DNA from: Rebecca billardiae RCC1528
Lineage: Eukaryota > Protista > Haptophyta
Length of the DNA stretch: 64,000 nucleotides
Direction: 5' to 3'
Assembly (NCBI GenBank): GCA_965240325.2
Contig: OZ251247.1
Coordinates: forward strand, 310,001 to 374,000
The notes below the pieces were generated by a model that worked only from the letters and a program-made list of their open reading frames with translations, ran no database searches and had not been told where the DNA came from. Shown piece after piece: positions 21,566 to 33,957 of the stretch. A program made the position numbers and the translations under genes. The first letter of the stretch is position 1. Every line of letters begins with the position of its first letter.

Positions 21566-23068
21566 ATGACGATGGCGGGGCATCAGGCGCAGGCCGTCTG
21601 CTCGCCCACGCTGGGCGGCATGCCGGACGACGTGCTCGTGCGAGTGCTGGCGTCGATCGAGCGCGTGCGTGACCTCGCCGCCGCCAACGCCACCGCGCGC
21701 CTCTTCCACGCCGCGCCGCCCGGCGGGTGCTCGGCGGTCGAGCGCGCGCTGCGCGAGCGCGCGCGCGCGCGCGGCCACGAGCGCGCGCTGCCGCCGTCGC
21801 TGCCCGCGGGCGTGTGCACGTGGACGGAGGAGCTGCTCGCGCGCGAGCGCACGCTCGCCGTCGCCCGCGCGCACGCCGCAGCCCTCGACGCCGGCAACGG
21901 CTTCAGCGCGTTTGTGGACGCGGAGGGTGGGCTGCACACGTGCGGCGAGGAGCAGGTTCGGGGCGCGGACGGCAGGCCCACGGGCGAGTACCGGGTGCAC
22001 GTGGCCGCCGGCCACCCGGGCGAGCAGGACGTGCGCGTGCCCACGCACGTGGCCTCGCTCGGCGCGGTGCGCGTCGTCGCGGTGGCCGCCGGCGAGGCCC
22101 ACCTGCTTGCGCTGAGCGAGGCCGGCGCCGTGTACGGCTGCGGCGACAACGAGTGCGGCCAGCTGGGCGTGGGCGACACGGAGCAGCGGCGGCCGTTCGC
22201 TGCGGTGGACGCATTGCGGCCCGAGGCGGTCTTGGGCATCGCGGCAGGCTTCCACTACAGCCTCGCGCTCACCGCCGCTGGCTGTGCGTATAGCTGGGGC
22301 TGGAACGGGGACGGCCAGCTCGGCCACGGCGACACGAAGGACCGGTGGGAGCCGACGCGCGTCGAGGCGCTGGACGGCGTGCGCGTGGGCGGCGTGGCGG
22401 CTGGGCATGCGCACGCGTTGCTGGTGTCGAGCAGCGGGGCCGTGTACTCGTGCGGCCGTGGCCGCTCGGGCCGCCTCGGCCACGGCGACGAGGAGGATCA
22501 GCGCACGCCGAGGCGCATCGAGGCGCTTGCGGGCGTGCGCGCCGTGCACGTGAGCGCAGGACACATGCACAGCCTGGTGGTGGACAGCGAGGGGGCGGTG
22601 TACTCGTTCGGGCTGGGCGCGGGCGGCGCCCTCGGCCACGGCGACTTGGCGTCGCAGCTGCTGCCCAAGCCCATCGCCGCGCTGGCGGGCGTGCGCGCCG
22701 TGCGCGCGTGCGCGGGCATGGGCAGCAGCGCGGTGCTGGGCGCGGACGGCAGCGCGCACGCGTTTGGAAGCAACGGCCATGGCCAGCTCGGGCTGGGGCC
22801 CGCCTTCCGCTCGATCGAGCTGCTCCCGGTGCGCGCGGCGGCGCTCGCGCGCGCGCGCGTGCGCGAGTGCGCGCTCGGCTTCCGCCACACGCTCTTCGCC
22901 ACGGCGGACGGCGCCGCGCACGCGTGCGGCAAGCGCTCGGCCGCGCTCGGGCTCGGGCTGCGCGCGGGCGCGGACGGGGGCGCGGGCCACGCGGGCGCGT
23001 GCCGAGACACGCTCACGCGCGTCGAGCAGCTGCCGCGCGTGCTGCCTTGCGACGAGCCCGGCCGGTGA
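21566..23068 (+). CDS. F-box-like / RCC1-repeat protein, copy 5
   Basis: ATG at 21566 (MTMAGHQAQAVCSPTLGGMPDDVLVRVL). Full RCC1 repeat set. Confidence 0.88.
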   Translation: MTMAGHQAQAVCSPTLGGMPDDVLVRVLASIERVRDLAAANATARLFHAAPPGGCSAVERALRERARARGHERALPPSLPAGVCTWTEELLARERTLAVARAHAAALDAGNGFSAFVDAEGGLHTCGEEQVRGADGRPTGEYRVHVAAGHPGEQDVRVPTHVASLGAVRVVAVAAGEAHLLALSEAGAVYGCGDNECGQLGVGDTEQRRPFAAVDALRPEAVLGIAAGFHYSLALTAAGCAYSWGWNGDGQLGHGDTKDRWEPTRVEALDGVRVGGVAAGHAHALLVSSSGAVYSCGRGRSGRLGHGDEEDQRTPRRIEALAGVRAVHVSAGHMHSLVVDSEGAVYSFGLGAGGALGHGDLASQLLPKPIAALAGVRAVRACAGMGSSAVLGADGSAHAFGSNGHGQLGLGPAFRSIELLPVRAAALARARVRECALGFRHTLFATADGAAHACGKRSAALGLGLRAGADGGAGHAGACRDTLTRVEQLPRVLPCDEPGR

Positions 23069-23515
23069 CGGCCGCGCGCTCGCGGCCGCGCGCCTCCGCC
23101 GCCGCCTGGGGCGCGCCACACGCACGTCCGCGCGCCCGGCGGGGGCGACCTCTCCGCTCTCGAGCTCATTGTCAATTGATCATTTGATGGCGGCATGATG
23201 CGGTGCGAACCGCTATGCTTTGGGCGATGTGGAAACAATCCGGCTCAATGAAGGAGATGCTTCGTCACGCGCGTCGCGCCGGTATGTGTGTGGGGGGGGA
23301 CGGCGGGTAAATATGGGTACTTGACTCATCGGCGCGACGCATCGGCGTGCATTCAGCATCACTACTGTGCGTTGTATCATAATTATAAAGGTGTGCCGGG
23401 CGCTCTACCTGTAATGACCAATAGTCGCGGCTCGGGCGCAGCCCCCGCGCGCGCACCCCGCGCCGCCTCCCGAGCTGAGAGCGTTGGGCGTGCCCTCGGC
23501 CCCCCACCCCTCGCC

Positions 23516-24657
23516 ATGCCGCTCGGCGGGCCGCGCGGCGGCGGCGGCGGCGCCGGCGCGCAGGTGGTCTACCTCGTCGCCTCGCTCACCACCTCGCCCA
23601 CCCGCCTGGCCACGCTGGGCACCACGCTGCACTCGCTCTCCGAGTACCGCCAGCTCCGGCCGTTCGACGAGATTGTTCTCAACCTGCCGAGAATCTTTGC
23701 GCGCACGGGCGAGGCGTACCCGGCGGTGCTGCCCGACGGGGTGGCGGCGCGCGCGACGGTGAACCGGTGCGGCCACGACTGGGGCCCCGCGACCAAGCTC
23801 GTCCCCACCGTCCGCTACCTCGCCACGACGCGCGCGCCGACGATCGCGCGCCGGCTCGGGCTGTCCACCGACGCGGCCGGCGTGGCGGAGGCGCTGCGGC
23901 GGACGCACATCGTGCTCGTGGACGACGACATCGTGTACCCGCGCGGGATGGCCTTCTCCCTCGCCGCCACCGCGCGCCCCGACACCGCCGAGTCCGCCGC
24001 GGGCTTCAAGCTCGCGCCGCGCACGCTCGCCAACCCCGACGGCATCGCGACCATCGTGGGCCACCACGGCGCGGCGCTGCACGTGTGCGAGGCCTTCTCG
24101 GGGTGGCGCGTGCCGCTGGCGGCGGTGGGCGCGGAGGGCGTGGAGCCGTTCGAGGCGCGCTTCCGCGCGCTCACCGCCGACCCCGACCTGCGCATCTCCG
24201 ACGACCTCGCGATCTCAGACTACCTCGCCGCGCGCGGCATCCGGCTGCGTCTGCACGCGACGCGCCACTTTGCGAAGGGGCTGCTGTTCGTGCGGCTGAC
24301 GGGGCAGCGCGCGGACGCGCTGCACTTCACCAACTCGTCGGGCGTGACGCACTGGGCGCGCTACTGGCGCGTCATCGACACGGGCAAGCTCCCCTCCCTC
24401 CCCGCGCCCGAGCGGTGGCGCGGTCTCTGCCCGGCGCGCGTGCGGCCGCCGCGCCGCCCGCCCGCGTGTCCGTGCGGCGCGGTGGCGGGGCGCGCAAAGG
24501 CGGCGGCGAAGGCGGCGGCGAAGGCGAGGGCGGCGGCGAGGGCGGCGGCGGCAGGCGCGCCGAGCGCCAACCGCACGCTGCTCCTCGCCGCGGCGGCCGC
24601 CGCCGCCGCCGCATCCGCGGAGCGCAGCGGCGACGGCCGCGACGGCAACGGCACGGC

Positions 24658-24697
<40 letters not shown>

Positions 24698-25518
24698 TCG
24701 GCGGCGGGCGCCGACGGCGCGAGTGCGGCGCTGGCGCTGCCCGCGTCGGCGCCGACGGTGACGGTGCTGGGCGACCCGCGCGCCGGCGTGGGCACGGTGC
24801 GCGCGCTGCTCCGAGCCAACTTTTGCGCGCGCCTCGCAGGGCCGGTGTACCCGCCCCTGCCCGCGGACGGCGGCTCGCTGTGGGGCAGCGGCGGCGGCGG
24901 CAGCAGCGGCGGCGGCGGTGGCGGTGACGGCTTTGCCGCGCCCTCGCCGGGCCGCGCCTCGCTGTGGGGCGGCGGGGCGGCCGGTGGCGGCGGCAGCAGC
25001 GGGCTGTGGGGTGGCGCTGCGGCCGGCAGCGCCGGCGGCGGCGCCGGCAATGCCGGCGTGGGCGGCTTTGCGAGCGCGGCCGCAGGTCCGGGCGGGGTCG
25101 GCGGTCTGTTCCCGCGGCGGCGCGGCCGGCGGCGCGGCCGGCGGCGGCTCGCGAGCGCCGCCGCCGCGGCTGGGGCGGCTGGGGCGGGTCGACCCCCGAG
25201 CGGCGGCGTCGTGGGCGCGGGGCGCGCGGACGCGTCGCCGCTCTCGCAGCTCACGGACGCGCCCGCCTCGCTCGCCGCGGCGCGCGCCGCGCTGCGCTCG
25301 GTCCACCTCCGGCAGCGCGCGCCCCTCGTCGTCGTCGTGCGCGAGCCGCTGCAGTGGCTTGCTGCGCTGCACGCGCGCCCCGGCGTGGAGGCGGGCTTCT
25401 GGGCGAGGGGGCTGAGCCTGGACGAGTTCGCGACGGCGCCGTGGCTCTCGTGGCGCGCGCCGGGCGCGCGCGCGCGCTGCCTGCACAACGGCAGCGCCGC
25501 CGCCGCCGGGGGCGCGGC

Positions 25519-25579
<61 letters not shown>

Positions 25580-26722
25580 TGGCTGAGTGAGGCCGAGGCG
25601 TCCGCACTCGGCCCCGCCGCGCTCCGCGGCTGCGCGCCGCGCGCGTTCGCCTCCGCCGCCGCGATGCGCGCGGCCAAGCTCGGGCTGCTCGTCGACGCGC
25701 TGCAGCTCGCCGCGCGCGCCGACGGCCTCGTGAGCGCGGGCGGCGGGCGCGCGAGCGGCGCCGCTGTCGGCGGCGTGCTCGCTCGCACTGTGTCGCACTA
25801 CGCGCCGCCGCCGGGCAGCGGCGGCGCGGGCGGCGGCGGCGGCGGCGGCCATGCCGGCAGCGGCGGCGGCCACGCTGAGCCGCCGCCCGTGCTCGTGCTG
25901 CGGTACGAGGACATTGCGCACGAGCCGGGCGCGGCCGTGTGCACGCTCGGCTCGGCGCTGGGGCTGTGCGCCAGGCGCGGGCGCGGCGTTCTGAACGTGG
26001 TGAGCGCGGACGCGGGCGCGGACGCGGGCGCGGACGCGGCGGGCGGCGGCGCGGGCGGCACGGCGGGCGGCATGGTCGGCGGCGGCGGTGGCGTGGCCGA
26101 CGGCGAGGTGGCCGGGCTCAGCGGCGCCACCGCCGGCGGCGGCGCGCCCGCCGCCGCCGCCGCCGCGCCGAGCGCCGGCGGCACCGCCACCGCCGCGCCC
26201 GGCCCAATCGCCGCCGCCATCTCCGCCATCTCCGCCGCGCACACGCGCATGCGCGCTTCCATGGCCAGCCCGCGCCCGTGCACCGCCGCGTCGCGCTTCG
26301 GCGACGGCGCGCTGCGCGCGGTGCTGGACGCGCTCGACTGGCGCGCCGAGGCGGTCTTCGGCTACGGCACGCGCCGCGAGTACGAGCGCTGCGCCTCGAC
26401 GCTCTCAGCGGTGCTCAGGCGGCGGTGGCGCGAGCGCACGAGCGCGGCGCTCATGGGCGGCGGCGGCGGCGGCGTGGGCGGGCTGGGCTTGACGGCCGCG
26501 CCGCTCGGCGGCGGCGGCTTTGGCGCCCCCGCCGCCGCCGCCGCCGGCGCTGGGTTTGGGCTGTTGCCAGGCGCAGGGCTGGGCCACCACATGCTGCCGG
26601 CCGCGGTGCCGGGCGCGGCGGCGGGCGCGATGCCGGGCGCGGTGGCGGGCGCGGTGCCGGGCGCCCCCGCAGACCCGTGGCAGTGGGCGGGCGCGCCGCA
26701 GCCTCGGACGCCGCGGCGGTGA
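23516..26722 (+). CDS. GT-A-fold glycosyltransferase-like domain fused to a degenerate sulfotransferase-like domain, with Gly/Ala-rich linkers
   Basis: N-terminal VASLTTSPTRL..DEIVLNLP..DWGPATKLVP..IVLVDDDIVYP (DxD motif). C-terminal VLGDPRAGVGTVRALLRANF, VVVVREPLQWL and LVLRYEDI. The start is uncertain (23414 or 23516). Confidence 0.65.
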
Positions 26723-27114
26723 CGGCGGCGCGAGGCGGTCGGCGCGCCGCCGAGACGGGCGGCAGACCCGCGCTCGGTGCAGACAGACAGACCGCCGAGC
26801 GCGCGCCGCGCCCTCGTGGCCGCGCCGCCGCCGCCGCCGCCGAGCCGCTGCCGCCGCGCCGCGCCGCGCGGCCGCGGCAGCGGACGATGCCGGCATGATC
26901 ATGCTGCGACTCAGGCGCGGCCGTCGTTGCGCATGCTCAGATGCTCGCTGCATAGTGCGTTCTGCATGCCGCCCGCCTGATGGTGACGACGACTTCCGAG
27001 CGCAGCGTAGCTACCACTGCTAGTAGTAGCAGTTATTAGTCGTAGTAGGACTTCTGCTCTGCAGCACAGCGCAGTGGCGGACGGCTGCAGACCTGGCGGT
27101 CGAGCATTCTATAT

Positions 27115-28096
27115 CCCCTTACCGCAGTCTGCTTCTATACGAAGCAGATTTGGGTGGGCGGCGGCGTGGGAGCGCTGGGCGCGCAGGTAGACGGCGCGAG
27201 CGGGCGCGCGCACGCTTGGGGGCATCTTTGGGACCATACCCATCGATGACCCGAGCCTCGCCGCCACCGCCCTTCCCCTTCTCCCGTGCCACGGCGTCCA
27301 GACGGAGTGCCAAACGAGCGTTTGAACATGCCACGAAGCAGATTTGGAATGGTGCTCAAACCGCTGCGGAGGTGATCGTCAGGCTGCGGCGTGAGGCTGG
27401 GAGGGGTATCATAACATAATGGATGACGGTCGTCACCCGTGCGCCGGTCGGTAGGCTGCTACTCAGCGCCCGTAGCCTCGTACGCTGCACGTCGAGCTCA
27501 AGATCCCTCACCGTGGGCTCCGCGCGAGTGACACTGAGCACGAGGAGGGTGTACTTGCGAGGGGTACGCGCGTCGCGCCTGCGATCGACGCCAAGACAAG
27601 CGAAGAAGCGATACCACCACTCCCGCGAAGCGCCTGCCTGACTTGCACTCGGTGTACACACCGCGTGCGGCGTGCCGCAAGGAAGGAGCCCGACCCGTGC
27701 CTCAGCGTGTCCCGCGCGGCTGGCTGGCGGGCACTTTCAGCGTGATCGGTCATGCGAACGCGCGCAGAGTAACGCGCGCAGTATGTACACTGTCTACAAT
27801 CATCTTTGTCGGTCGCCCACGTGCTTGAAGCGGCTGCAAGGAGTGCAGCCGGGTGTCGCGGGCCAGTCGAGCGCCCAGCTAGCACGACGGCAGCTCGGCG
27901 CCGCCGCGCGTTGCCATCGTGGAGGCGGTGAAGCTGGAGGGACTAGGCTGGCGGCTGTCTGAGGGTAGCTAGACCATGCCTGGGCACTCTCAAGCCGTGT
28001 TCAATGCCCAGGCGCGCGTAGGTGGGCCGCAAAGCGCGCGCAGCGGCCGCCGTCAAATCTGCTTCCATACGAAGCAGATTGAACTGCGGTAAGGGG
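27115..28096. mobile_element. ~980-bp MITE with CCCCTTACCGCAGT TIRs and ATAT flanks (piggyBac-like ends)
   Basis: ATAT|CCCCTTACCGCAGT...ACTGCGGTAAGGGG|ATAT. Both ends carry a subterminal hairpin TCTGCTTC-n5-GAAGCAGA. A second copy lies at 41972-43041. Confidence 0.78.
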
Positions 28097-28187
28097 ATAT
28101 TCCTGGCATCGCGCCCCGGACTCTGCGGACTCCCTGCAGCGGCCAGCGCGCGCACCGCCGCCCTCTCGTCTTCTCGCGCTCGGCTCG

Positions 28188-29651
28188 ATGGCCACGGCAC
28201 GGGCGCACGCGCTGGACGACCTGCCGCACGACGCGCTGGCACGAATCGCCACCTTCCTCGCGGTGCCCGACCTCGCCGCCGCCAACGCCACCGCGCGCCT
28301 CTTCCGCAGCGCGCCGCCGGACGGCCGCTCGGCGGTCGAGCACGCGCTGCGCGAGCGCGCGCGCGCACGCGGGCACGAGCGCGCGCTGCTGGCGTCGCTG
28401 CCTTCGGGCGTGCGCACGTGGACGGAGGAGCTGTTTGTGCGCGAGCGCGTGCTCGAGCTCGCATGCTCGCACTCGCCCCCCGTGGCGACCGGCGCTTACG
28501 GCTCAGGTGGCTTCAGCGCGTTTGTGGACGCGGAGGGCGGGCTGCACACGTGTGGCGAGGAGGAGGTGCGGGACGCGGACTGGCTGCCGACGGGCGAGTA
28601 TCGAGCGTACGCGGCAATCAGCCACCCGGGTATGCAGACAGTGCGCGTGCCGACGCACGTCGCCTCCTTCAGCGATGTGCGCGTGGTCGCGGTGGCTGCT
28701 GGGTGGGACCACCTGCTCGCGCTGAGCGATGCCGGCACCGTGTACGGCTGCGGCCACAACCTGCACGGCCAGCTCGGGCTGGGGAACAGGGAGAAGCGGC
28801 GCTCATTCGCGCTCGTCAAGCTACCCGCGATTGAGCTCGTCGTCGCGATCGCCGCGGGCGGCTACCACAGCCTCGCGCTCACCGCCGCTGGGTGCGCGTA
28901 CAGCTGGGGCGACAACGACTACGGCCAGCTCGGCCACGGCGACAAGAAGGAGCGGTGGGAGCCGACGCGCATCGAGGCGCTGGACGGCGTGCGCGTGGGC
29001 GGCATCTCCGTGGGCGGGTCGCACACGCTACTGCTCTCGGCGTGCGGCGCCGTCTACTCGTGCGGCCGTGGCCAGTTTGGCCGTCTCGGCCACGGCGACC
29101 AGCTGGTTCAGCGCACGCCGAGGCGCATTGAGGCGCTCGCTGGCGTGCGCGCCGTGCACGTGAGCGCGGGCGGTGCGCACAGCCTGGTGGTGGACAGCGG
29201 GGGGGCGGTGTACTCGTTTGGGCATGGCGAGGATGGTGTGCTCGGCCACGGCGACACTGTCGGTCGGCGCAAGCCCAAGCGCGTCAAGGCGCTCGCTGGT
29301 GTGCGCGCCGTGCGCGCGTGCGCTGGTCGGGGCAGCAGCGCGGTGCTGGGCGCGGACGGCAGCGTGCGCACGTTTGGGAACAACGAGTACGGCGAGCTGG
29401 GGCTGGGGCACGGAGAGGCAGACGTCAAAGCGCCCACGCGCGCGCTCGCCCTTACACAAGCTCGTGTGGTGCGCTGTGCCATGGGCTTCTCCCACTCGCT
29501 GTTTGTGAGTGCGGAAGGCAGCGTGTACGCGTGCGGTGAGCGCTGGGCTGCGCTCGGCCTCGGCATGAGCGAGGCCGAGCAAGACGAGCCCACCCAGCGG
29601 ATTGAAACGCCCACGTGCGTCGAGACGGCGTGGCGTGCGCGCGTCTGCTGA
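28188..29651 (+). CDS. F-box-like / RCC1-repeat protein, copy 6
   Basis: 487 aa. LDDLPHDALARIATFLAVPDLAAANATARLFR plus RCC1 repeats, ending TPTCVETAWRARVC. Confidence 0.9.
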   Translation: MATARAHALDDLPHDALARIATFLAVPDLAAANATARLFRSAPPDGRSAVEHALRERARARGHERALLASLPSGVRTWTEELFVRERVLELACSHSPPVATGAYGSGGFSAFVDAEGGLHTCGEEEVRDADWLPTGEYRAYAAISHPGMQTVRVPTHVASFSDVRVVAVAAGWDHLLALSDAGTVYGCGHNLHGQLGLGNREKRRSFALVKLPAIELVVAIAAGGYHSLALTAAGCAYSWGDNDYGQLGHGDKKERWEPTRIEALDGVRVGGISVGGSHTLLLSACGAVYSCGRGQFGRLGHGDQLVQRTPRRIEALAGVRAVHVSAGGAHSLVVDSGGAVYSFGHGEDGVLGHGDTVGRRKPKRVKALAGVRAVRACAGRGSSAVLGADGSVRTFGNNEYGELGLGHGEADVKAPTRALALTQARVVRCAMGFSHSLFVSAEGSVYACGERWAALGLGMSEAEQDEPTQRIETPTCVETAWRARVC

Positions 29652-30120
29652 CGCCGCCTGCCTCCGAGGCGCGACGGCAGGCAGCCGGAGCCGCTGCGGG
29701 CCTGCCTGCGGCGGGGAGTGTGGAGGTGCGCGGGGGGGAGGGGGTAGGGGTGGGGGGAGCCCGCGCGACGGCCCGCGCGCCGCGTGGCTGGGTCCTGCCT
29801 CCGGGATGCGACGAGTCCGCGGGGTGGCGTGCGGCGTGTGCGCACTCTGAGCAGCTCGGACTGGCGGCCGTCGGCGTCGCGGACGCGGTCGGCAGCGCGG
29901 ACTGCTTGCCGCGCGAGCAGCCGAGCGGGGGTCGGCCAGAGTCAGCCATGGCCATGGGCCGCGTCATCATCGGTCTCATCACTCTCATCATCAGTGGCGA
30001 CTCAGGTGCCCGTGATGATGTCGTCAACGGTGTGGCAGCGGTCCGCCCGTGATCCACCGCGCCGCCGGGCGCTACTGGCACCGCCTACTAGAACACGACG
30101 ACTATACTACTCTACAACTT

Positions 30121-30586
<466 letters not shown>

Positions 30587-30590
30587 TATC

Positions 30591-32515
30591 GGCCTGCCTG
30601 TTTTATTTCTACGAGAGCCCAATACGGCGACATTCGCCAAAACCGGGTAAAATGGCGGCTTGCCCGCTGGTGGTGGGTGCCCGGGCGCGATTGCGGAGTA
30701 GGGATGGCACGTCGTTGGCGCATGTTCGTACTAGGGCGCTGAGCTGTAGCGAAAGGTGTTGCCAAGGCATGCTGCTTAGCCTTGCCATGGTGCTTCGCCA
30801 TGACACGGAGGTCACTCGCAGCGCACGGCGGTGTGACGATCGCCGCGCCGCGGCGGCAAACCGCAGTTGCGGGCGCGCTGCGAGCTGCAAGCACTCTGCC
30901 TTGGCTGCGTCGCGCCCGTGTCAGTTGTTGAACCAGGATTGTTGAACAACCGATGGGCTGCAAACGATACCAGCTCTACTTGCTCCGCCGCCACTTCCGT
31001 GTCGAGCGTGAGATGCTTCCGTTGCGTGCGCTCGCATGCAGCTTGCCGCCTGCATTTGAACGTGGTCAAGGCAGGTTGGTGGGCTGGTTGCTCAGGCCTC
31101 CTCGGCGTAGATGACGACAGGGTGCGTGCCACGCGCACCCATGACGCGGGAAAGGCGTGCACACGCGTCCTCGCGCATCTGGCAGGCTGCAGTCTTGGCC
31201 AAGATGATGCCAGAACAAGCCTGCCAGTGCCTCGCCGCGCGGGCGCGAGCGCGCAGAGAGATCTGGCTTCTGACCCGTGCTCTTCAGTGTACCTCGTGTG
31301 CGACGACGACGAGGCGGACGAGCGCCGCAACTGGATTCCTGCCCTCACCGGTCACCGAGGAGTGCAGGAATCGCATTCCTCGCGCACGCCGGGGCCGCCA
31401 TCGGCCGTGAGAGGCAGGGATGGGCACAAGCGATTCGCCGAATCGCCAATTCGCCGAATTCGCCGATTCGCGAATTCGCGAACGCTCGGCGCGTTCGCCG
31501 AAAGTGGCGAAATGCCCCGATCCGGGCGTTATTGTCCTTGCCGGACTCAGTATCTTCCCGGCCGGCGCGACGGCCGGCGGCCGCCGATCGGCGCATGCGA
31601 CCTGCGCGCCGCCGCGTGCGCGCCCGCCGCGCCGAGGCGAGCGGCGTACGACGCGAACTCGCCAAGCGGGCTGCCGAACCTGATGCGCTTGGCGCTTGCA
31701 TGCCTCCGCAGTGGCGGCAGCAGCCAGTCGTCCAGCGCGGAGAGGGCGCGTCCCCGCTCGGCGCCGCTGCGTTGAACGGCGGCTGCGAGCAGCTCTGCCT
31801 TGCACGCGTCGGTGACGCTCAGGGTAACGTAGCGCATGCCCACTACGAGTGCGCCGACGTGCACTCTGACGAGGCCTCAGGCGAGCGGCGAGACGACTTC
31901 TGGCGCGGGCGTTGCGTGCACACTCCCGGCGTGCCGAGCAGCGTCAGAATAGCTGCGCGCCGGCATTGGTGGTGGGTCGGCGAGGCTGGTGTTCGCCGGG
32001 GGGCGCGGCAGACTCGAGCACATTGCTTCATGGCACGCATGCAGTGAGACACGCCGCAAACTTAGCGAAGACTAAGGAGCTGGCGGCTGAGGTCCGTCGG
32101 TCAGCCAGAGTCACGCCTCACAGTCCACACGGCGGTGCGTCCGGCGCGCAACGGTCTGACCCAAGCCGCACGCGTCCCAGAGCTCGTAGGCTGCACAGAG
32201 GCGCCATCGCTTGGGCATGGCCCCTGGTAGTATACGGGCTGTGCCACACGTCATACTGACACTCGTAGCCTCTTGTTGGGGTGATACATGGCGCAAAAAT
32301 GTTCGATTCCCGGAAATTCGCCATATTCGGCGAATTTCGGCGAATTCGGCGAATTCGGCGAATTCGCGAACGCTGAGGCCATTCGGCGAATCCGCCCATC
32401 CCTGGTGAGAGGTACACTGAACGGGGCGTGACACCGATTCCCACTGGCGGGCACGGGTTTGTCGCCGTGACCTAGTAAATGGAATCTATGGAATCTGGTA
32501 GAAATAAAACAGGCC
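30591..32515. mobile_element. Non-autonomous TIR element with PIF/Harbinger-like ends, hosting a nested hAT MITE
   Basis: GCCTGTTTTATTTCTAC (30596-30612) is inverted at 32498-32515 (GTAGAAATAAAACAGGCC). The element is absent from the paralogous site near 38130 (..TA|TTTCTGAACT). No clean TSD was seen, so the superfamily is tentative. Confidence 0.65.
31415..32404. mobile_element. hAT-family non-autonomous element (990 bp)
   Basis: 11-bp TIRs CAGGGATGGGC...GCCCATCCCTG, a perfect 8-bp TSD GTGAGAGG (31407-31414 and 32405-32412), and clustered subterminal ATTCGC(C/G)/GCGAAT repeats at both ends. Confidence 0.92.
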
Positions 32516-32723
32516 TATTTCTGAACTACACGGATCAGGAGACCCGCGTCGTCCTACCTGTGTCGTTAAATCATAGAATGGGTCCGGACTCAGAGACAGA
32601 GACTAGTCACTAGAGCAGAGTATACCGATAGGTGGCTCGGAGCCAGTGATGCATATCGTCATTCATGCAATGCGCGTTCGTCAGTGGTCAGCCGGCGTCA
32701 CGCAGGCATGGACAGGGCATACC

Positions 32724-33802
32724 AAGGGAGTCAAGGGTGCCCGCGCCCCAGTGGCGCGCTCGGCGGATGATGTTGGGACTCACTACCTTTTTGCCCGCGC
32801 AGCCTGCGGCGGGCGGCGGCGATGGCGTGCTCGACGCTGGCGGGGCGAGCGCACGGGGCACGGCGCTGCGGGCGCGAATGTGCCCGCGAAGCCGGCGCGT
32901 GTGGACGGGCTGTCGTGGGAGAGTATTCGGCGCCCTCCTGCGCCGCGCGACTTGCGCCACGCCTCTTTCGCCTCGGCTCAGAGCAGCGCGCACGCACGCG
33001 CCGCCTCAAGGCCAGCCTTGCCGCGCCGCAGCCGGTCGCGCGCGCGCCGTGCGCGGCGTGGTCGGGAAGGAACGGGCGCTGCTGCCGGGCGAGATGGCGA
33101 CGGCATATGCGCACGCCTTGCCGCTGTGTGGCGCCGCGAAAGAGCACGAGAACGGATCCGCACAGCTGTTGACGAGTGCTGATTTCTTGTCGTGCCTGAA
33201 GGCCAGACCTGAGCTCGAAGAAGATGATGAAAGAGCATCAGCGCGAGGAAAGCGTCGCACCCAGCACTTCTACATGACCGCACGGTGATGAACATCCATG
33301 CAAGAGTAGCCCGCGCGGCCGTCTGGCACTGTTCTGTGTCTCAATGGTCGTCCCGACAAGGGTCACGACCGCGAGGTCGTGCACACCATTTGTAACAAGT
33401 CGAAGAGGCATGCAAACAGACCGACGACACGCTCATCAAGGCGCCGCGGGGCGGCATAGCGTGCGCATATGCCGTCGTCATCTCGCCCGGCAGCAGCGCC
33501 CGTTCCTTCCCGACCACGCCGCGCACGGCGCGCGCGCGACCGGCTGCGGCGCGGCAACTGGCTGGCCTTGAGGCAGCGCGTGCGCCAGTGCGCGCTGCTC
33601 TGAGCCGAGGCGAAAGAGGTGTGGCGCAAGTCGCGCGGCACAGGAGGGCGCCGGATGCTCTCCCGCAACAGCCCGTCCACACGCGCCGGCTTCGCGGGCA
33701 CATCCGCGCCCGCAGCGCCGTGCCCCGTGCGCTCGCCCCGCCAGCGGAGCACGCCATCGCCGCCGCCCGCCGCAGGCCGCGGGCAAAAAGGTGAGTCCCA
33801 AT
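32724..33802. mobile_element. MULE-like foldback element (long TIRs, right terminus partly deleted)
   Basis: 32724-33116 is inverted at 33459-33802. The terminus AAGGGAGTCAAGGGTG resembles that of the 2461 element. It lies upstream of copy 7. Confidence 0.78.
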
Positions 33803-33957
33803 ACCGCCCTTGGTCGTGGCCCGCTCCACGGGAATCTTTCTTCAGCCCTTGAGAATCAGGCCGCGGCCCGCGGGCCGACCTGTCCACCTTCGTCCACCTC
33901 CTGGTCAACTCATCATCCCTTCCCGGCTTCCCCTCGTCTTCTCTCGCGCTCGGCTCC

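Noticed and set aside
31430-32392. ATTCGCCGA-type clusters as a CRISPR array or iterons
   Set aside because: There are no unique spacers and no cas genes. They are subterminal repeats of the hAT element.
32646-33829. ORFs within the foldback elements (and 38162-39545) as host genes or a transposase
   Set aside because: They are short, derived largely from TIR sequence, and show no DDE catalytic motifs.
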